Shown one piece after another: positions 11,881-24,000 of a stretch of DNA of 64,000 bases; the first letter of the stretch is position 1, and each line of letters opens with the position of its first letter. Under the pieces are notes generated by a model. The model made no database searches. It saw only the letters and a list, made by a program, of their open reading frames with translations, and was not told the origin of the DNA. The DNA is taken from NCBI RefSeq assembly GCF_016433145.1, contig NC_058132.1, forward strand, positions 307,109,079 through 307,173,078. Direction: 5' to 3'. This stretch comes from Gracilinanus agilis. Lineage: Eukaryota. The position numbers and the translations under genes are program-made.

Positions 11881-13299
11881 CTACAAACTATCTTTAATGC
11901 TACTACAGCTTTCTGTGCCATGTCTTCCAGAGGATGGGGAAGTTAGAAGGTTGAAAATTCTGTTATTTCTAGTTCCCTGGGGACTATTAGTAACTTCCTC
12001 ACCACTAGAAACCTCCAGGCTGCCTGGAGTAGCCATGATCTCATTAAGCTACCAGAAAAGAAATATGCTTAACCTACCAAGAAGATTAATTCAGGGTCCA
12101 CTTACCAAATTAAACAGGGGACAGTTACATTAGCTGACAATCAAAGTGGGCATGCAGCAAACAAATCTATTTCTTCCAGTCATTTTAGGGGCCAGAGGTA
12201 TAAAAAGATCCTATTTTCTTAGATGAGTCACAGATGCAAGTTGGATATTTTGAGAAAACATCTTCTGTATAACCAATCAGCTATTCTGAGTGGAGTTATG
12301 ATACCACTTACTATTGGCAACCTCTCAGTTCCATTTCTGAATAAAATAAAAAGAGTAAAAGTCAAGACTGATCTTATTGAATTATCACCATTTTAATGGA
12401 AATGGGAAGTTAAATATCACCTGGATTAAAGGGACATATGATAGCATGTTTTCCTTCTGGAGGTGACAGAAGCAATAACTTTTGGAAACCTTCAGATGGG
12501 GAGAGAATGGCCTACTCTCTCCCAACTGGCCATGATGTGCCTGTGAAAATATGGATCCCCTGTTCTTTGCCTTTTTGTATTTCTTCTTACCTACTTCTAG
12601 GTGAATAAAGAATATTTGAGATGGCTACAAACTTAATAAATTTTGAAAGGTCAGAAGAGTAAGCTACCAGATGTCCAGGAACTCTACAGTCCAATGTTAG
12701 CTTTTGCTAGTAGCTAAACCAAGTGAGACACTATCATAAATGCTATGAATGGGATCCAAATCAGCAGTGAATTAACTGTGCCATGACTCAATGTCCTACA
12801 GTAAGGGAGAGACAAGTCCAGCAGCTATACCACATTAGGAAGTGAATTAGATGGAGTGAAAAATTTGTGACAAATATTTTAAACTTGAGACCAGAAGCAT
12901 ATTAGTGGGAAAGACTACCTCTGATGTTTGGAGGTAGCAGAGAAGAGAAATTGTTTTGTACCTCTGCTGTTCTTACTGTATCTTCACAGTAAACATTCTT
13001 TTTTGTAAAAACTAAATTTAAAAACTATAGGTAGCTGTGAAGATATACTTAATAGATAAAATAAATTTATTTCACACCATCAAGAATCTGTGTGTTTTTT
13101 ATCAGTGTGAGCATTCTTTCTATGCCTTAGTAAATAGTCTCATGAGATACTGTTTCTCTCAAAATTCATCACCTTGTGGGTACCTCTTGGCAAACTACTT
13201 TCTCTGACATGACATCAGGTAAAATGCAATGTCCTTTACCAGGCCCAGAGTCTTTTTCTGACCTGGTAAGATTTGCTAGAGCTTGTCTACTACTGGTAT

Positions 13300-16200
13300 A
13301 GCCCTTGAAAAATCTCTGATTAGGAAAATCCTCTCCAACCAAGATTAAAATATGGCCACAAAACAAATAAAGGAATGAATGAAGTAACAAGGAGACATAG
13401 TGAAACAACTTTCAAGAAAAGAAAAACCCAAATGGAAGGCAGAGAATATCTGGGGCACTGGGGTGAGAAGAGAGCAGAGCCAGCAAGGGGCTGTAGCAAG
13501 GAGGGTAGAGCAAGCCAAGAGCAAGCCACACACCCCCTATCCCACATCTGCCTTCACAGGTTCCAAACTTAATCCCAAGCCAACATTCAAACCCTAAGAT
13601 CCTGCCTGGACAAATAGTGCTCCAAGCCAATCCAGTCCCCTTGACATTTCAAACCTATGGAGAAGTTCGAAGTCCCAGCCCAGGCAAGTCAGGACTGAAG
13701 TGAGCTGATCCATGTGGGCCAATTTGGGGCTTGGGACCAAAGGCATAGTTCACAGTTTGGGGTGAGGACACAGTTCATGAGTGGGCCTCCTGCCCTGGAT
13801 CTTTTTTTACCTAAAACTGAGGGTGGAGCTCCCAGGAAAAGGCAATCAAAGTGTGTCTCACTGGATCAAGTAAGTAGTGAGATCAATAACTTGAGCCTAA
13901 GCCTGGGGCTAGTATTTCATCAGCCCCTGACTTGATCAAGTTCCGAGTAAGATAAAAAGTTTATGCCCAAGCCTGAGTCAAATCATTAAACTATCAGCAT
14001 CCCAAGGACCAATAGAATCAGCAGGGGGAAAGGGCCCTCAGAGCTCTCAGTCCTCAGACCATCCCATCATCCTCCAAGAACTGAAACTGGTAAAAACCCA
14101 GAAAAAATAAGCTGATAATAGCATCAAGGAAGGACTGAAGTTTAAGAGAATACCCAAACTTCCCAGAAAACAAAGTCTATCTATAATGAGATGGGGAAAA
14201 TGAGAAAACAACAAAAAGAACGCCTAATTAAAGAATTTTTATGAAGATAAAGAACAAAGAACAGACACAGAAGGGGACAGTGAAAACAAAGGAAATAGAC
14301 CCAAAGTCCAAAAGAAAAATATGGATTGGATACAGATTCTCAAAGAGCTCAGAAAAGAATTTAGAAACCAACTAAGAGAGGCAAAGAAAAATGTAGAAGA
14401 GAAATGAAAGTGATGCCAAAAGAAATGGGCCAATTGAAAAAGGAGAACCAAAAACTGACAGAAAATAATTAGGCTTTAAAAATCAGAATTGAACATCTAG
14501 AACATAATGATTTCATAAGAAGTCAAGAAACAACAAAGCAGAATCAAAGGAATGAAAAAAAAACAGAGGAAAACATGAAATATCTTATTGAAAAAAACAA
14601 GTGAACTAGAAAACAGATGTAGGAGAGCCATTTTGTGAATAATTGGACTACCTGAAAGCCTTAATCAAGAAAAAACCTCAGACATCATATTACAAGAAAT
14701 TATGAAAGATAACTGCCCAGAGATCCTCAAAGAAGAAAATAAATTTGAAATTAAAAGAATTCACAGATCACCTCCAGAAAGAAATCTTCAAATGACAACT
14801 TCTAGGAATGTAATAGCTAAATTCAAGAGCCACCAAGCCAAGGAGAAAATACTTCAAACACCCAGAAAGAAACAATTCAAATACCATGGAGTTACAATCA
14901 GGATCACGCAGTACCTAGTGGCTTCTACATTAAAGGAGTGAAAGACATAGAATATGATATTCAGGAAGGTGAAAGATTTGGTTTTGCAACCCAGAGTCAC
15001 ATATCCAGCAAGACTGAGTCAGGGGAAAAATGGACATTCAATAAGATAGAAGATTTCCAAGCATTTCTGAGGAATAAGCCAGACCTAAACAAAAAATTTG
15101 AAATCCAAACATGAAGCACAAGAGAAGCCCCAAAAGGTAAATAGAAAAGAGAGAAGTTAAGGGACTCATTAAGGTAAAAACATTTATATGTCTACATAGA
15201 AAGAGAATTTCTGTACTTTTGAAAAACTACCCTTAGTAGTAGAGAAGATAGAAGGAATTTACTCAGAAAGATGGTGGAAAAGTAAGCTGATTATGATGAT
15301 AGGATATATGTGATGATATATGATGATAAGATGTGTATGTAAATGTAATGATATGGATTTATATGAATGTATGATATGATATGTATCCATATGAATGTTA
15401 TGTAAAAAAAATCAAGGGTTGAAATAGAGGTTACACTGAGAGAAAATGGAAGGGAGAGATAGAATGGGATAAATTATATAACATAAAGAAGCATGAAAAT
15501 TTGTTATAGAGAGGAGAGTATAAGGGTGGTGATGGGAAATGCTTAAACTTTACTGTCATTGTAACTGGCTCAGAGAGGGAAAAACAAGTATACTCAGTGG
15601 GGTATAGAATTCTTTCTTACCCTACAGAGAAGTAGAAGGGGAATAAGACAAGGGAAGGAGGAGGTAATTGGAGGGAGGAGGAAGTGGATGGGGGGTGACA
15701 AAAAAAGCAAAATACTGGTGAGGAGGAACAAAGTGAAAGGAAATAGAGCATGATCTCTAAAGGGGATAATATGATGGAGGGCAATACACAGTTAGTAATC
15801 TGAATATGAATAGGATGAACTCATCTATAAAATGGAATAGGATAGCAGGATAAATTAAAAACTAGAATCCTACTAAATGTTGTTTACAAGAAACACATTT
15901 GAAGCAGAGTGACACACACAGATTAAAGGTAAAAGGCTGGAGCAGAATTTATTATTCATCATCTAAAGTAAAAAAAAGCAGGAGTAGCAAAAGCTAAAGT
16001 AGAAATTGATCTGGATTAAAAGAGATAAGGAAGGAAATTACATTTTGCTAAAAAGTACTGTAAATAATGAAGTAATATCATTACTAAACATTTATGTACC
16101 AAATGGTATAGCATCTACATTTTTAAAACACAACTAGAAAACACTATTCACACAAATAAAACTAGATCTGAACAATTGGAAAAACATTAATTGTTCATAG

Positions 16201-17560
16201 GTAGAATGAGCTAAAATTGGAAAGCAGTATGGGAGAGACTAGGTTTAGATCAACATCTTATATCCTATACCAAAATAAATTTGGGTAAATGACTTAAATG
16301 TAAAGAGAGAAATTATAAGTAAATTAGGTAAACATAGGATAGTATACCTGTCAGAACTATGGGGAAGGAAATAATTTAAGGCCGAGCAAGAGATAGAGAA
16401 CATTACAAAATGTAAAATGAATAATTTTGATTGCATTAAATTAAAAAGGTTTTAAAAAACCAATACAACCAAAATTAGAAGGGCAGTAACAAATTGGGGG
16501 GGGTGGAATATGTTTATAACAAATACCTCTGACAAAGGTCTAATTTCTCAGATTTATAAGGAGCTAAGTCAATGTACCAAAAATCAAGCTATATCCCAAT
16601 TGATAAATGATCAAGGCACATGAATTGGCAGTTTTCAGATAAAGAAACCCAAACTATCAATAAACACATGAAAAAGTGTTCTAAATCTCTCACAATTAAA
16701 GAAATGCAAATCAAAACAATGCTGAGGTACCACCTCATGCCTAGCAGATTGGCCAAAATGATAGTAAAGGAAAATGATAAATGTTGGAGGGGATGTGGCA
16801 AAATTGGGACATTAATGCATTACTGGTGGAGTTGTGAATTAATCCAACCATTCTGGAAGGCAATTTGCAACTATGCCCAAAGGACTTTAAAAGAATGCAT
16901 ACCCTTTGATCTAGAAGAATAGAATCACTATTAGGTTTGTATGCCAAAGAGATAATAATGGAAAATGTCTGTACAAAAATATTTATAGCTGCTCTCTCCT
17001 TGTAGTGGCAAAAAATTGGAAAATGAGAGAGTGTCCCTCAATTGGGGAATGACTGAGTAAATTGTGGTATATGATGGTGTTGGAATACTATTATGTTCTA
17101 AGGTATGATGACCTGGAGGATTTCTATATGAACTGGAAGAACTTCCAGGAACTGATGCAGAGTGAAATGAGCAGAACCAAGACAACATTATCCACAGAAA
17201 GTGAAACACTGTGGAACAATAAAATGTAATGGACTTTACTACTACAAGACAATCTCAAGGGACTTATGAGAAAGAATGCTATCCACATTAAGTGAAAAAA
17301 ACTGTGGGAATAGAAACACAAAAGAAAAACAAATGACTTATCATTTGTTTATGTGGATATATGATTTGGGGTTTTGGTTTTAAAAGATTGTTCTCTATTG
17401 CAAGAATGAATAACATGGAAATAGGTATAAATGATAACATTTGTATAATCTAGTGGAAATGCTTATTTGATCCAGAAGTGGGAAAAGGTGGGAAAGAAAA
17501 AGAAATATGTAAACGTAGGAAAATATTTTAAAGATAAAAAATTTTTAAGAAAAAATTCAT
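13300..17560 (+). mobile_element. Near full-span L1 with large internal ORF2 deletions
   Basis: 5' UTR, ORF1 remnant, AT-rich spacer, ORF2 endonuclease (CCLQETHLKQ...KVKGWSRI), jump to late ORF2 (NWKAVWERLGLDQHL) and 3' UTR. Confidence 0.9.
14191..15144 (+). pseudogene. L1 ORF1 remnant (stops and frameshifts)
   Basis: ORF 14702-14941 (NCPEILKEE...RIHRSPPERN...RNVIAKF...KEKILQ) is the conserved L1 ORF1p RRM region. Confidence 0.85.
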
Positions 17561-17689
17561 TTAAAATATTTCCCCATACTTTTATAACTAAAATTTTATT
17601 CATGTAAACAATTGACAAAACTAAATCTTTAGTCTAAATGAAATAAGTTGGAGTAAGATGTTCAATAAAATTTGTTTATGAAAAAAAGG

Positions 17690-18085
17690 AAAAGAGCTTC
17701 TCAAGATTTCAGAAATCTGATCAATATGATGTCTAATCATGACTCCAGAAGATGAATCATGCCTCTATCTACTACAAAGAGGTGACAGACTAGAGGTGCA
17801 GGAAGAAATGCATATTTTGAGATATGACGGGTGTGTGGATTAATTTTACTGTCTATGATTATTTGTTATAGGAGACTAGTATTTTTGGAGGGAGGTGGTG
17901 AGGGAATATGATTGGGGATAGTGATCCAAAAAGAAAAAAGAGAGTAAACTAAATGTATGTATGTATATAATTTTGTTTTGTTTATACTAGAGACAAGCAG
18001 TTTCACATATAATCCATTGTTCTTGCTCTTTGTATGTAAAAATGGTCATGTTTGTTGGTGTCTGTAGAATTTACAATAATAGGAA
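17690..18085 (+). mobile_element. Older L1 3' fragment
   Basis: L1 3' UTR-like motifs (atcatgactccagaagatgaatcatgcc...tttcacatataatcc). Confidence 0.6.
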
Positions 18086-18546
18086 AAAAAATTAGAAGGT
18101 CATCCCATGCCACTAAGGCAGGAATTTAATGGAGAAAAAGAACAATCATAAATAAAATGAAAGTTATGTAATTTAAAAGGAAAGTTAACCATCTTCTGGC
18201 TTTGAAATAAAAGATAAGTTTCGGGGAGTTTTGAGACTTATATTTATAGCACAGTATGCATATTTGTGCTCTAAGTACTTTACAAATATTATCTCATTTT
18301 ATCCTCACAACAACTAGAGAGTATCAGAGAACAATTTTGAATTCAGACTTTTCTAACATCAAATCCAGGGCTCTATCTACTGGGCTATCTAGCTTCCTGC
18401 TAATGGAAGGAAATAGTGAGTTTAGTTCATCCCAAATACTTTCTATTTATCCTTGAAAATCATTACTTTTTTGTTTGTTTTCCCTTTAGTAGATCTGTCT
18501 TATTTCATTTTTTTTTCTGGCTTATGTTAAGAAATTAGTGTTCCAG

Positions 18547-18735
18547 AACAGCTAGGTAGCTCAAACAGTGGATAGAGTGCCAGGCCTGGAGATGGGTGGT
18601 CCTGGGTTCAAAATGGCCTCTGACACTTCCTGGCTTTGTAACTCTGGGCAATCACTTCACTCCAATTCCCTAATACTTACTCCTCTTGTGTCTTAGTATT
18701 GGTTTTAAGACAGAAGGTAAGGGTTTAAAAAATAT
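18547..18735 (+). mobile_element. SINE1_Mdo-like SINE
   Basis: cagctaggtagctc...gggttcaaaatggcc...gacagaaggtaagggtttaaaaa. Confidence 0.85.
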
Positions 18736-19109
18736 TTTTTAGAGAAAGATTTGGTGTTCCCTGAACACATATTAACAAATGATGAGTGGTACACCAAAAA
18801 TGCATGTGAGGATGAGGAAAGGGGAGAGAGGAAGTAGTTCTACGATTATACAAATATTATGGGAAATTCACAGGGTCGATATTTGAGAGTTAATAGTATA
18901 TTATCATTTAAGACTCTAAGGATGGGGTGTGCTGACACATTGACCTTATCACTCTTTACGTTCTACAATAGTCCCAAATAGAAAGAACTATGGACTAGGA
19001 ATCAGGAGAGAATCTACCTCTGCTACTAAAATAGCTAGATGATTTGGGACCTGCCATTTCTTGTCTCTGGGTATCAGTTTCCTCATCTAAAGACCACAGT
19101 ACATGCAAT

Positions 19110-19335
19110 TACCTATCTATCTACCTACCTGTCTATCTGTCTGTCTGTCTGTGTGTCTGTCTATTTTATCTATTTATCTATCATCTACCTACCTATGTAT
19201 CTGCTTATCTGTATATCTAGCATTCATTCAATAAGCATTTACTAAGCACTTTATAGGTGCTAGGGATCTATTTACCTACACTTCTATCTATCTATCTATC
19301 TGCCCAAGTATTTATCTATCTGTCTATCTATCTAC
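19110..19335. repeat. Degenerate (CTAT/CTGT)n microsatellite with an embedded L2 tail
   Basis: Repeated tatc/ctat units; cattcattcaataagcatttactaagcac at ~19220. Confidence 0.75.
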
Positions 19336-20647
19336 ATACACACAAATATTTATCCCCCTCTAAAGTACATTCCAGTTCTAAACAATGGTGACTAAAATCC
19401 ATGTTTTGTTTTGGTTTGTTTTGGTTTGTTGGTTTGTTTGTTTGTTTTGCTATAGCTCTCTCCTAGGTGCTTAGAAATAACTTCTGACTCTTCTTCACAG
19501 ATGACTGCAAATCAAGTCAGCCATATTGGTCACATTGGGGTAGGGATAAGAGAGCTGAATGATTTGATTTAACTGTTTACAGTTATTTTATTATCTTTAC
19601 CTCAGGTGAATACAGTCTTTGGCATCAAGTGCTCCAGAGCAGATAGATATTATGCTTATTTGTCTATATTTAAAGCTGAAACTTAGCCTCACTTCCACTC
19701 ATCAGTGCATCTTATTGGACAATTAGATTGTCTTTCCAATTAGGATAATACATCATTGTTTATTTGGAAGACCACAGTATACCTTGTCCAGTCAGCATGA
19801 TATGAACTTATAATCAAGCTGCCTACATTCTTTCCCTTATAACTAACATAACATGTTTACCTGCTTACTGGGTAGGGCTAATAGGAAAATATGTGGCCAA
19901 AGGATAGTCTGTTCTGGGCATGGAGCTCCTAACCCTGGTTTCATTAGCATTACATGCTTCCCTATGGAGCTAATTTGTCAAAAGTGCTGCCCCCTAAGCT
20001 CTCCAAGTTCCCTCCCCTTAGCACTCATTTAAGACTTCTAGGCAAATTATGTGGAAGTTTTGACTAGAAACTTTATTAGCAATAGGCAGGTACCTATTCT
20101 AATTATACTCTTTTTAATACATATATTTAACATCATTTTCTCTACTTTGAAGGCAGAGAAACTTAAACATGTAAATTCCGAAGCTTCAAGGAAGAGGAGA
20201 AAAAAACCTTGCGTTAATCTGAGAGGTGATGCTCTGTTCTCTGCCAGAGAATCAAAAAGATCAGTTGAGCAGAGAAAGAGAAAGGGAAGGAGAAAGGAAG
20301 AAAGAGGATGGAGAAAGTGGACAATTTCTCAATTACTCTTGATTCAAATCTTTACAGTATGATTACATTATTTTTTTACATGATGCTCTTAAACTTTAGA
20401 TAGCAAATAGAAACATAATTATAAATCACTTTCCAAAGCTAAAGTGGAGGATTTTTAGTTTAGCCATCATTATGTTTCAAATGATAGAATGTATCTCACT
20501 TGTTAGCTTTAAGATACTTTGTAAATTAGTAAACTTTTATTTTGGATTTCTCACAAATCTGCTTAATTATCTGCATTTCTGCAAATAATTAGCAAACAGT
20601 ATCTGTATAATCATTTGAGTTATCAATAATAATAATGGCTGGTTTTG

Positions 20648-20855
20648 GAGGGAGCTGGGTAGTTCAGTGGATTGAGAGCCAGGACTAGAGATGAGAGGTC
20701 CTAGGTTCAAATCTGGCCTCAAATACTTCTTAGCTGTGTGACCCTGGGCAAGTCACTTAACCCCCATTGCCTAAATTGCCTAGCCCTTATCATTCTTCTG
20801 CCTCAGAAGCAATACATAGTATTGATTCTAAGACGGAAGGTAAGGGTTTAAAAAA
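20648..20855 (+). mobile_element. SINE1_Mdo-like SINE with TSD
   Basis: Full head and B box; aataatggctgg at 20631-20642 and 20856-20867. Confidence 0.9.
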
Positions 20856-20974
20856 AATAATGGCTGGCTTTTATAAAGCATTTGCCTGACTTTATGGTTA
20901 ACAGAGCACACATCATCCAAGGGAATGTTGGTAAATTCTAACAACCTCCAAAGGAAAAAATGGTTGTGCAACAA

Positions 20975-21176
20975 TTTTTTTAAACCCTTACCTTCCATCT
21001 TGGAATCAATATTCTGTATTGGTACCAAGGCAGAAGAGAAGTAAGGGCTAGGCAAAGGGGGTTAAGTGACTTGCCCAGGGTCACACAGCCAGGAAGTGTC
21101 TGAGGCCAGGTTTGAACCCAGGACCTCCCATCTCTGGGCCTGGCTCCCAATCCACTGAGCCACCCAGCTGCTCCCC
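20975..21176 (-). mobile_element. SINE1_Mdo-like SINE (antisense)
   Basis: Reverse complement of the full SINE, ending ...ccactgagccacccagctgctcccc; acaat(t/c)ttt on both flanks. Confidence 0.9.
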
Positions 21177-21230
21177 ATAACAATCTTTTAATTTTAATCT
21201 GTATTATAACCATTTTCCCATTGCATTCTT

Positions 21231-21289
21231 AAGCCTATATAATCAATAAAACAATAAATAAAGCCTATATAATCAATAAAACAATAAAT
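21231..21289. repeat. Perfect 29-bp tandem duplication, period 30
   Basis: aagcctatataatcaataaaacaataaat at 21231 and 21261. Confidence 0.9.
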
Positions 21290-22430
21290 CCTGATTTGTA
21301 GCCTTTGCTGATTTCCAAGGGGTAAATGTTTACATTAAAAATTTAACATTCAGCTCTCCCAAGCCAGTATGACCTAGCTCTACCATGAGGGAGGTGGGAG
21401 TTATTGACATGACATGAGAAGAGAAATGTGGCTGCAGCAACGGGGTACCACTTAAAGTTTCAAGGTCAAAGAAGGAGGCAGAAGTGGCAATGGTGGCTAT
21501 AAGGTTTTCATGTCAAGGAGTCCACTCAGCCTGTTCTACGATGGCCTTACCTGTGACCAGACAAGAATAGAGATTCCTTCCAGAACAAGAAAGTCAACAC
21601 CAAGAACATTACCTGCAGTGGAAGCTTTGTCCTTCTTCCAAAGCCTGGATGCCAATTCCATTCCCTATGTTGTGAATCCTTGTAGATAGCCCCTGGCAAA
21701 TCCTAGATCTAAAGTTTCTCCAAAGTTCATGTATAAGTTTATCTTTAACCTGGTTTTCTGACCTGGTCTTAACCTCCCATGGAAACTTTGTCTGTTGAAA
21801 GAGAGCACAGCCTTGGGAAACTAAACAACTTCAGATTATACATCTTCTAGAACTCCAGAATCCAGGATTTCCACAGCTTCGGAGAACAATTTGATAGATT
21901 TCATTTAAAACTGTATTTATTACTTAAATTAAATACAATTTAAAATTGTATTATCCCTCTAATGTACCTTTCAGTTTTAACCATAAGATAATAATAATTA
22001 TGATTGTTTTTATAAATCCCATAAGAATAAAAAACTACTATATACAATATCCAAGTGGATATATTTGCTTCTTTGGAGAGACAACAAACATCATTATTCT
22101 GAAGTCACGTGAGTAGGGTTCACTGAGTTGCAGCAAGTTCAAAGAAGGAAGTGGGATTTGTCAGAGGGTAGGGGTTCAAAAACTAATTTCTGATTAAATA
22201 AATGTGTGATTCTGCATACCCCTTGACAGCATTCAAGGCTGCCCTTAGGAGAGAGGTGGAACTTAAAGATAGAAAGCTGATTATCCTCTGAAAACAATAA
22301 ACAGCATGCACTTCACAATATTTACTTAACGTTTCTGCTAAGCAAGCAAGTGCATACCATTAGGGTGAGCCAGGGACTTACTAGGACCCAGTTTCCTTTT
22401 GCTGAACTGGAGCAGACAAATAGCTGTCAA

Positions 22431-22443
22431 TGCCACCTGGTGG
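22431..22443 (-). promoter_or_regulatory. Strong CTCF motif
   Basis: tgccacctggtgg; its reverse complement CCACCAGGTGGCA matches CCASYAGRKGGCR exactly. Confidence 0.65.
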
Positions 22444-22799
22444 TTAAACACATATTAATATCCCCATTTTACAGATAAGGAAAATGAAACTTACAAAGAA
22501 AAAAAAGAAAAACACCCAAGATCAAACATCCCAAGCATCCTACATATGTCTCACCTAAATCCCTCATGCTGCAGCATAAGTACACGTCCTCTTTGACCTC
22601 AGAAGATATGGAGAACAGCTGCTCTCCCATACTTTGAATAATAACTTTTCAGACTGCAGTTTGAATGGAAACACACTGCTTCTGAGGAATTTTCCCTGCA
22701 AGCCCTTCTTTGGGAGCCAAGAGAGACCCCTTACGTTTGGAAAAACGGATGGCTTCCTCCCCCAAAGCAGCTCTAAGGGGCTTCCACCTGAGACTTGGT

Positions 22800-24000
22800 T
22801 ACTTCAAAGGCTTCACACATTTCTATTCTAGGAGCAGCCAGATAACTTGGATTTGATCCTGCTGCTCCTCCAGATAACTCCGCAGCCTGCTGTTGTCTGG
22901 TGCCGCCCCACATACCCCCAGCTTGGGACAAGCCTTGGGTGCACATGCTTGTGTGTACGTGTGTGTGTCTGGAATAGATCCCATTCCTTGGCTTTACACA
23001 TCAGCCTTGGGGAAGAAGGGGCAGGGAAGGAGAGAATGCAGTCCCTGAGGAAGGTCTTGCATCCCCGGTTTCGGTTTGTAATAAATATTTATGTCCAAGT
23101 CACAACAAGCCCTGGGAATGGAGGTCTTTGGAGAAGCCCTGAGACTGACTACTAGGGTACCATCGTGTTAATTACAGGCCTCCGTTGGCCCTCCACAATA
23201 TAGCCTTGAAGTTCATTTTAAAATACTTTGTAATGATTATTTTCTTCTGCATCTCTTTCAAACTGCCTATCAAGCAGCTGTTTTCTATATTCAATTGGGT
23301 TTGGAAACAGACAACTGTTTCTCTTTTTAGGAACTTTGTCAAGCTCAGCTTGAGATTAATTTGACTGCAGGTGTCAGATAAGAACTGCAAAGCCCAAGAA
23401 CCATGTGAAGCAAAGTCAAAGCAAGAAGGTTTGTCGGTCAGAAATGAGGGCAGATTGATCGACCTGTGGAATGGTGCCTGAATATCTCTGTTCACCCTCA
23501 AAAATGGAACTTGACTGAAAGGTAGTCTGCCATTGACGTTGTTTTTTTCGGGGCTCACAATGAGTTTAAATGAATGGTTATTTTTGGTGTAGGGGAGGGA
23601 AGAGAGAGCAATTTAATTGCAATTCCTCTGGTGACATAAAATCTTGAAAACAACCCCCATAAATCACACCATGACAGCTACTGTGGTTGTCCAACGTTCA
23701 ACACAAGTGGACTCTTCTTTAAGCTGTTTCTTAAGCTGTCGGCATCAGCATCTCCCTTCAGCAAACATCTGCAGTTCATCTTATCGTTTGAAGAAATATA
23801 TGAGTTTCTCTTTTTTTTTCTTTTGTAGCTTCTGCTCCTTGATTTGTTTGAAGGCCATCTGCTACGTATAAAATTGGGGGGTTGCAGGAGAACATTTGGG
23901 AAAATGTGCAGGCTGAGGAAAAATGCAAATAGCAAGGATGTTTTCTGTGACTCCATCCAACCAGGCCACCTTCCTTTTTAAATTGGGCCTAAGGGTCTAG
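22800..24000. promoter_or_regulatory. Transposon-free candidate enhancer or alternative-promoter block
   Basis: No recognisable TE; scattered CpGs; GATA (agataa x3), TEAD (cattcc/ggaatg x3), PBX-HOX ccataaatca 23657-23666, MEIS tgacag 23672-23677 and octamer atgcaaat 23923-23930. Confidence 0.55.

Larger units (their letters stand above)
20917..21385. mobile_element. MER63-like (hAT-Blackjack) DNA transposon interrupted by a SINE
   Basis: caagggaatgttggtaaattctaacaacc ... gcctttgctgatttccaaggggtaaatg ... aaaatttaacattcagctctcccaagcc resembles the MER63 consensus as I recall it. Confidence 0.6.

Noticed and set aside
15290-15410. ATGAT-type repeats
   Set aside because: Low-complexity sequence within the L1 ORF1-ORF2 spacer.
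23172-23558. 128-aa minus-strand ORF (MSPEKNNVNG...), the longest ORF outside TEs
   Set aside because: It starts at GTG, has no recognisable domain and no convincing splice boundaries. It is compatible with chance, but PhyloCSF would settle it.
23678-23956. 92-aa ORF with a hydrophobic N-terminus and a basic patch (signal peptide/NLS look)
   Set aside because: The basic patch is simply the translation of an A-run, and I recognise no family.
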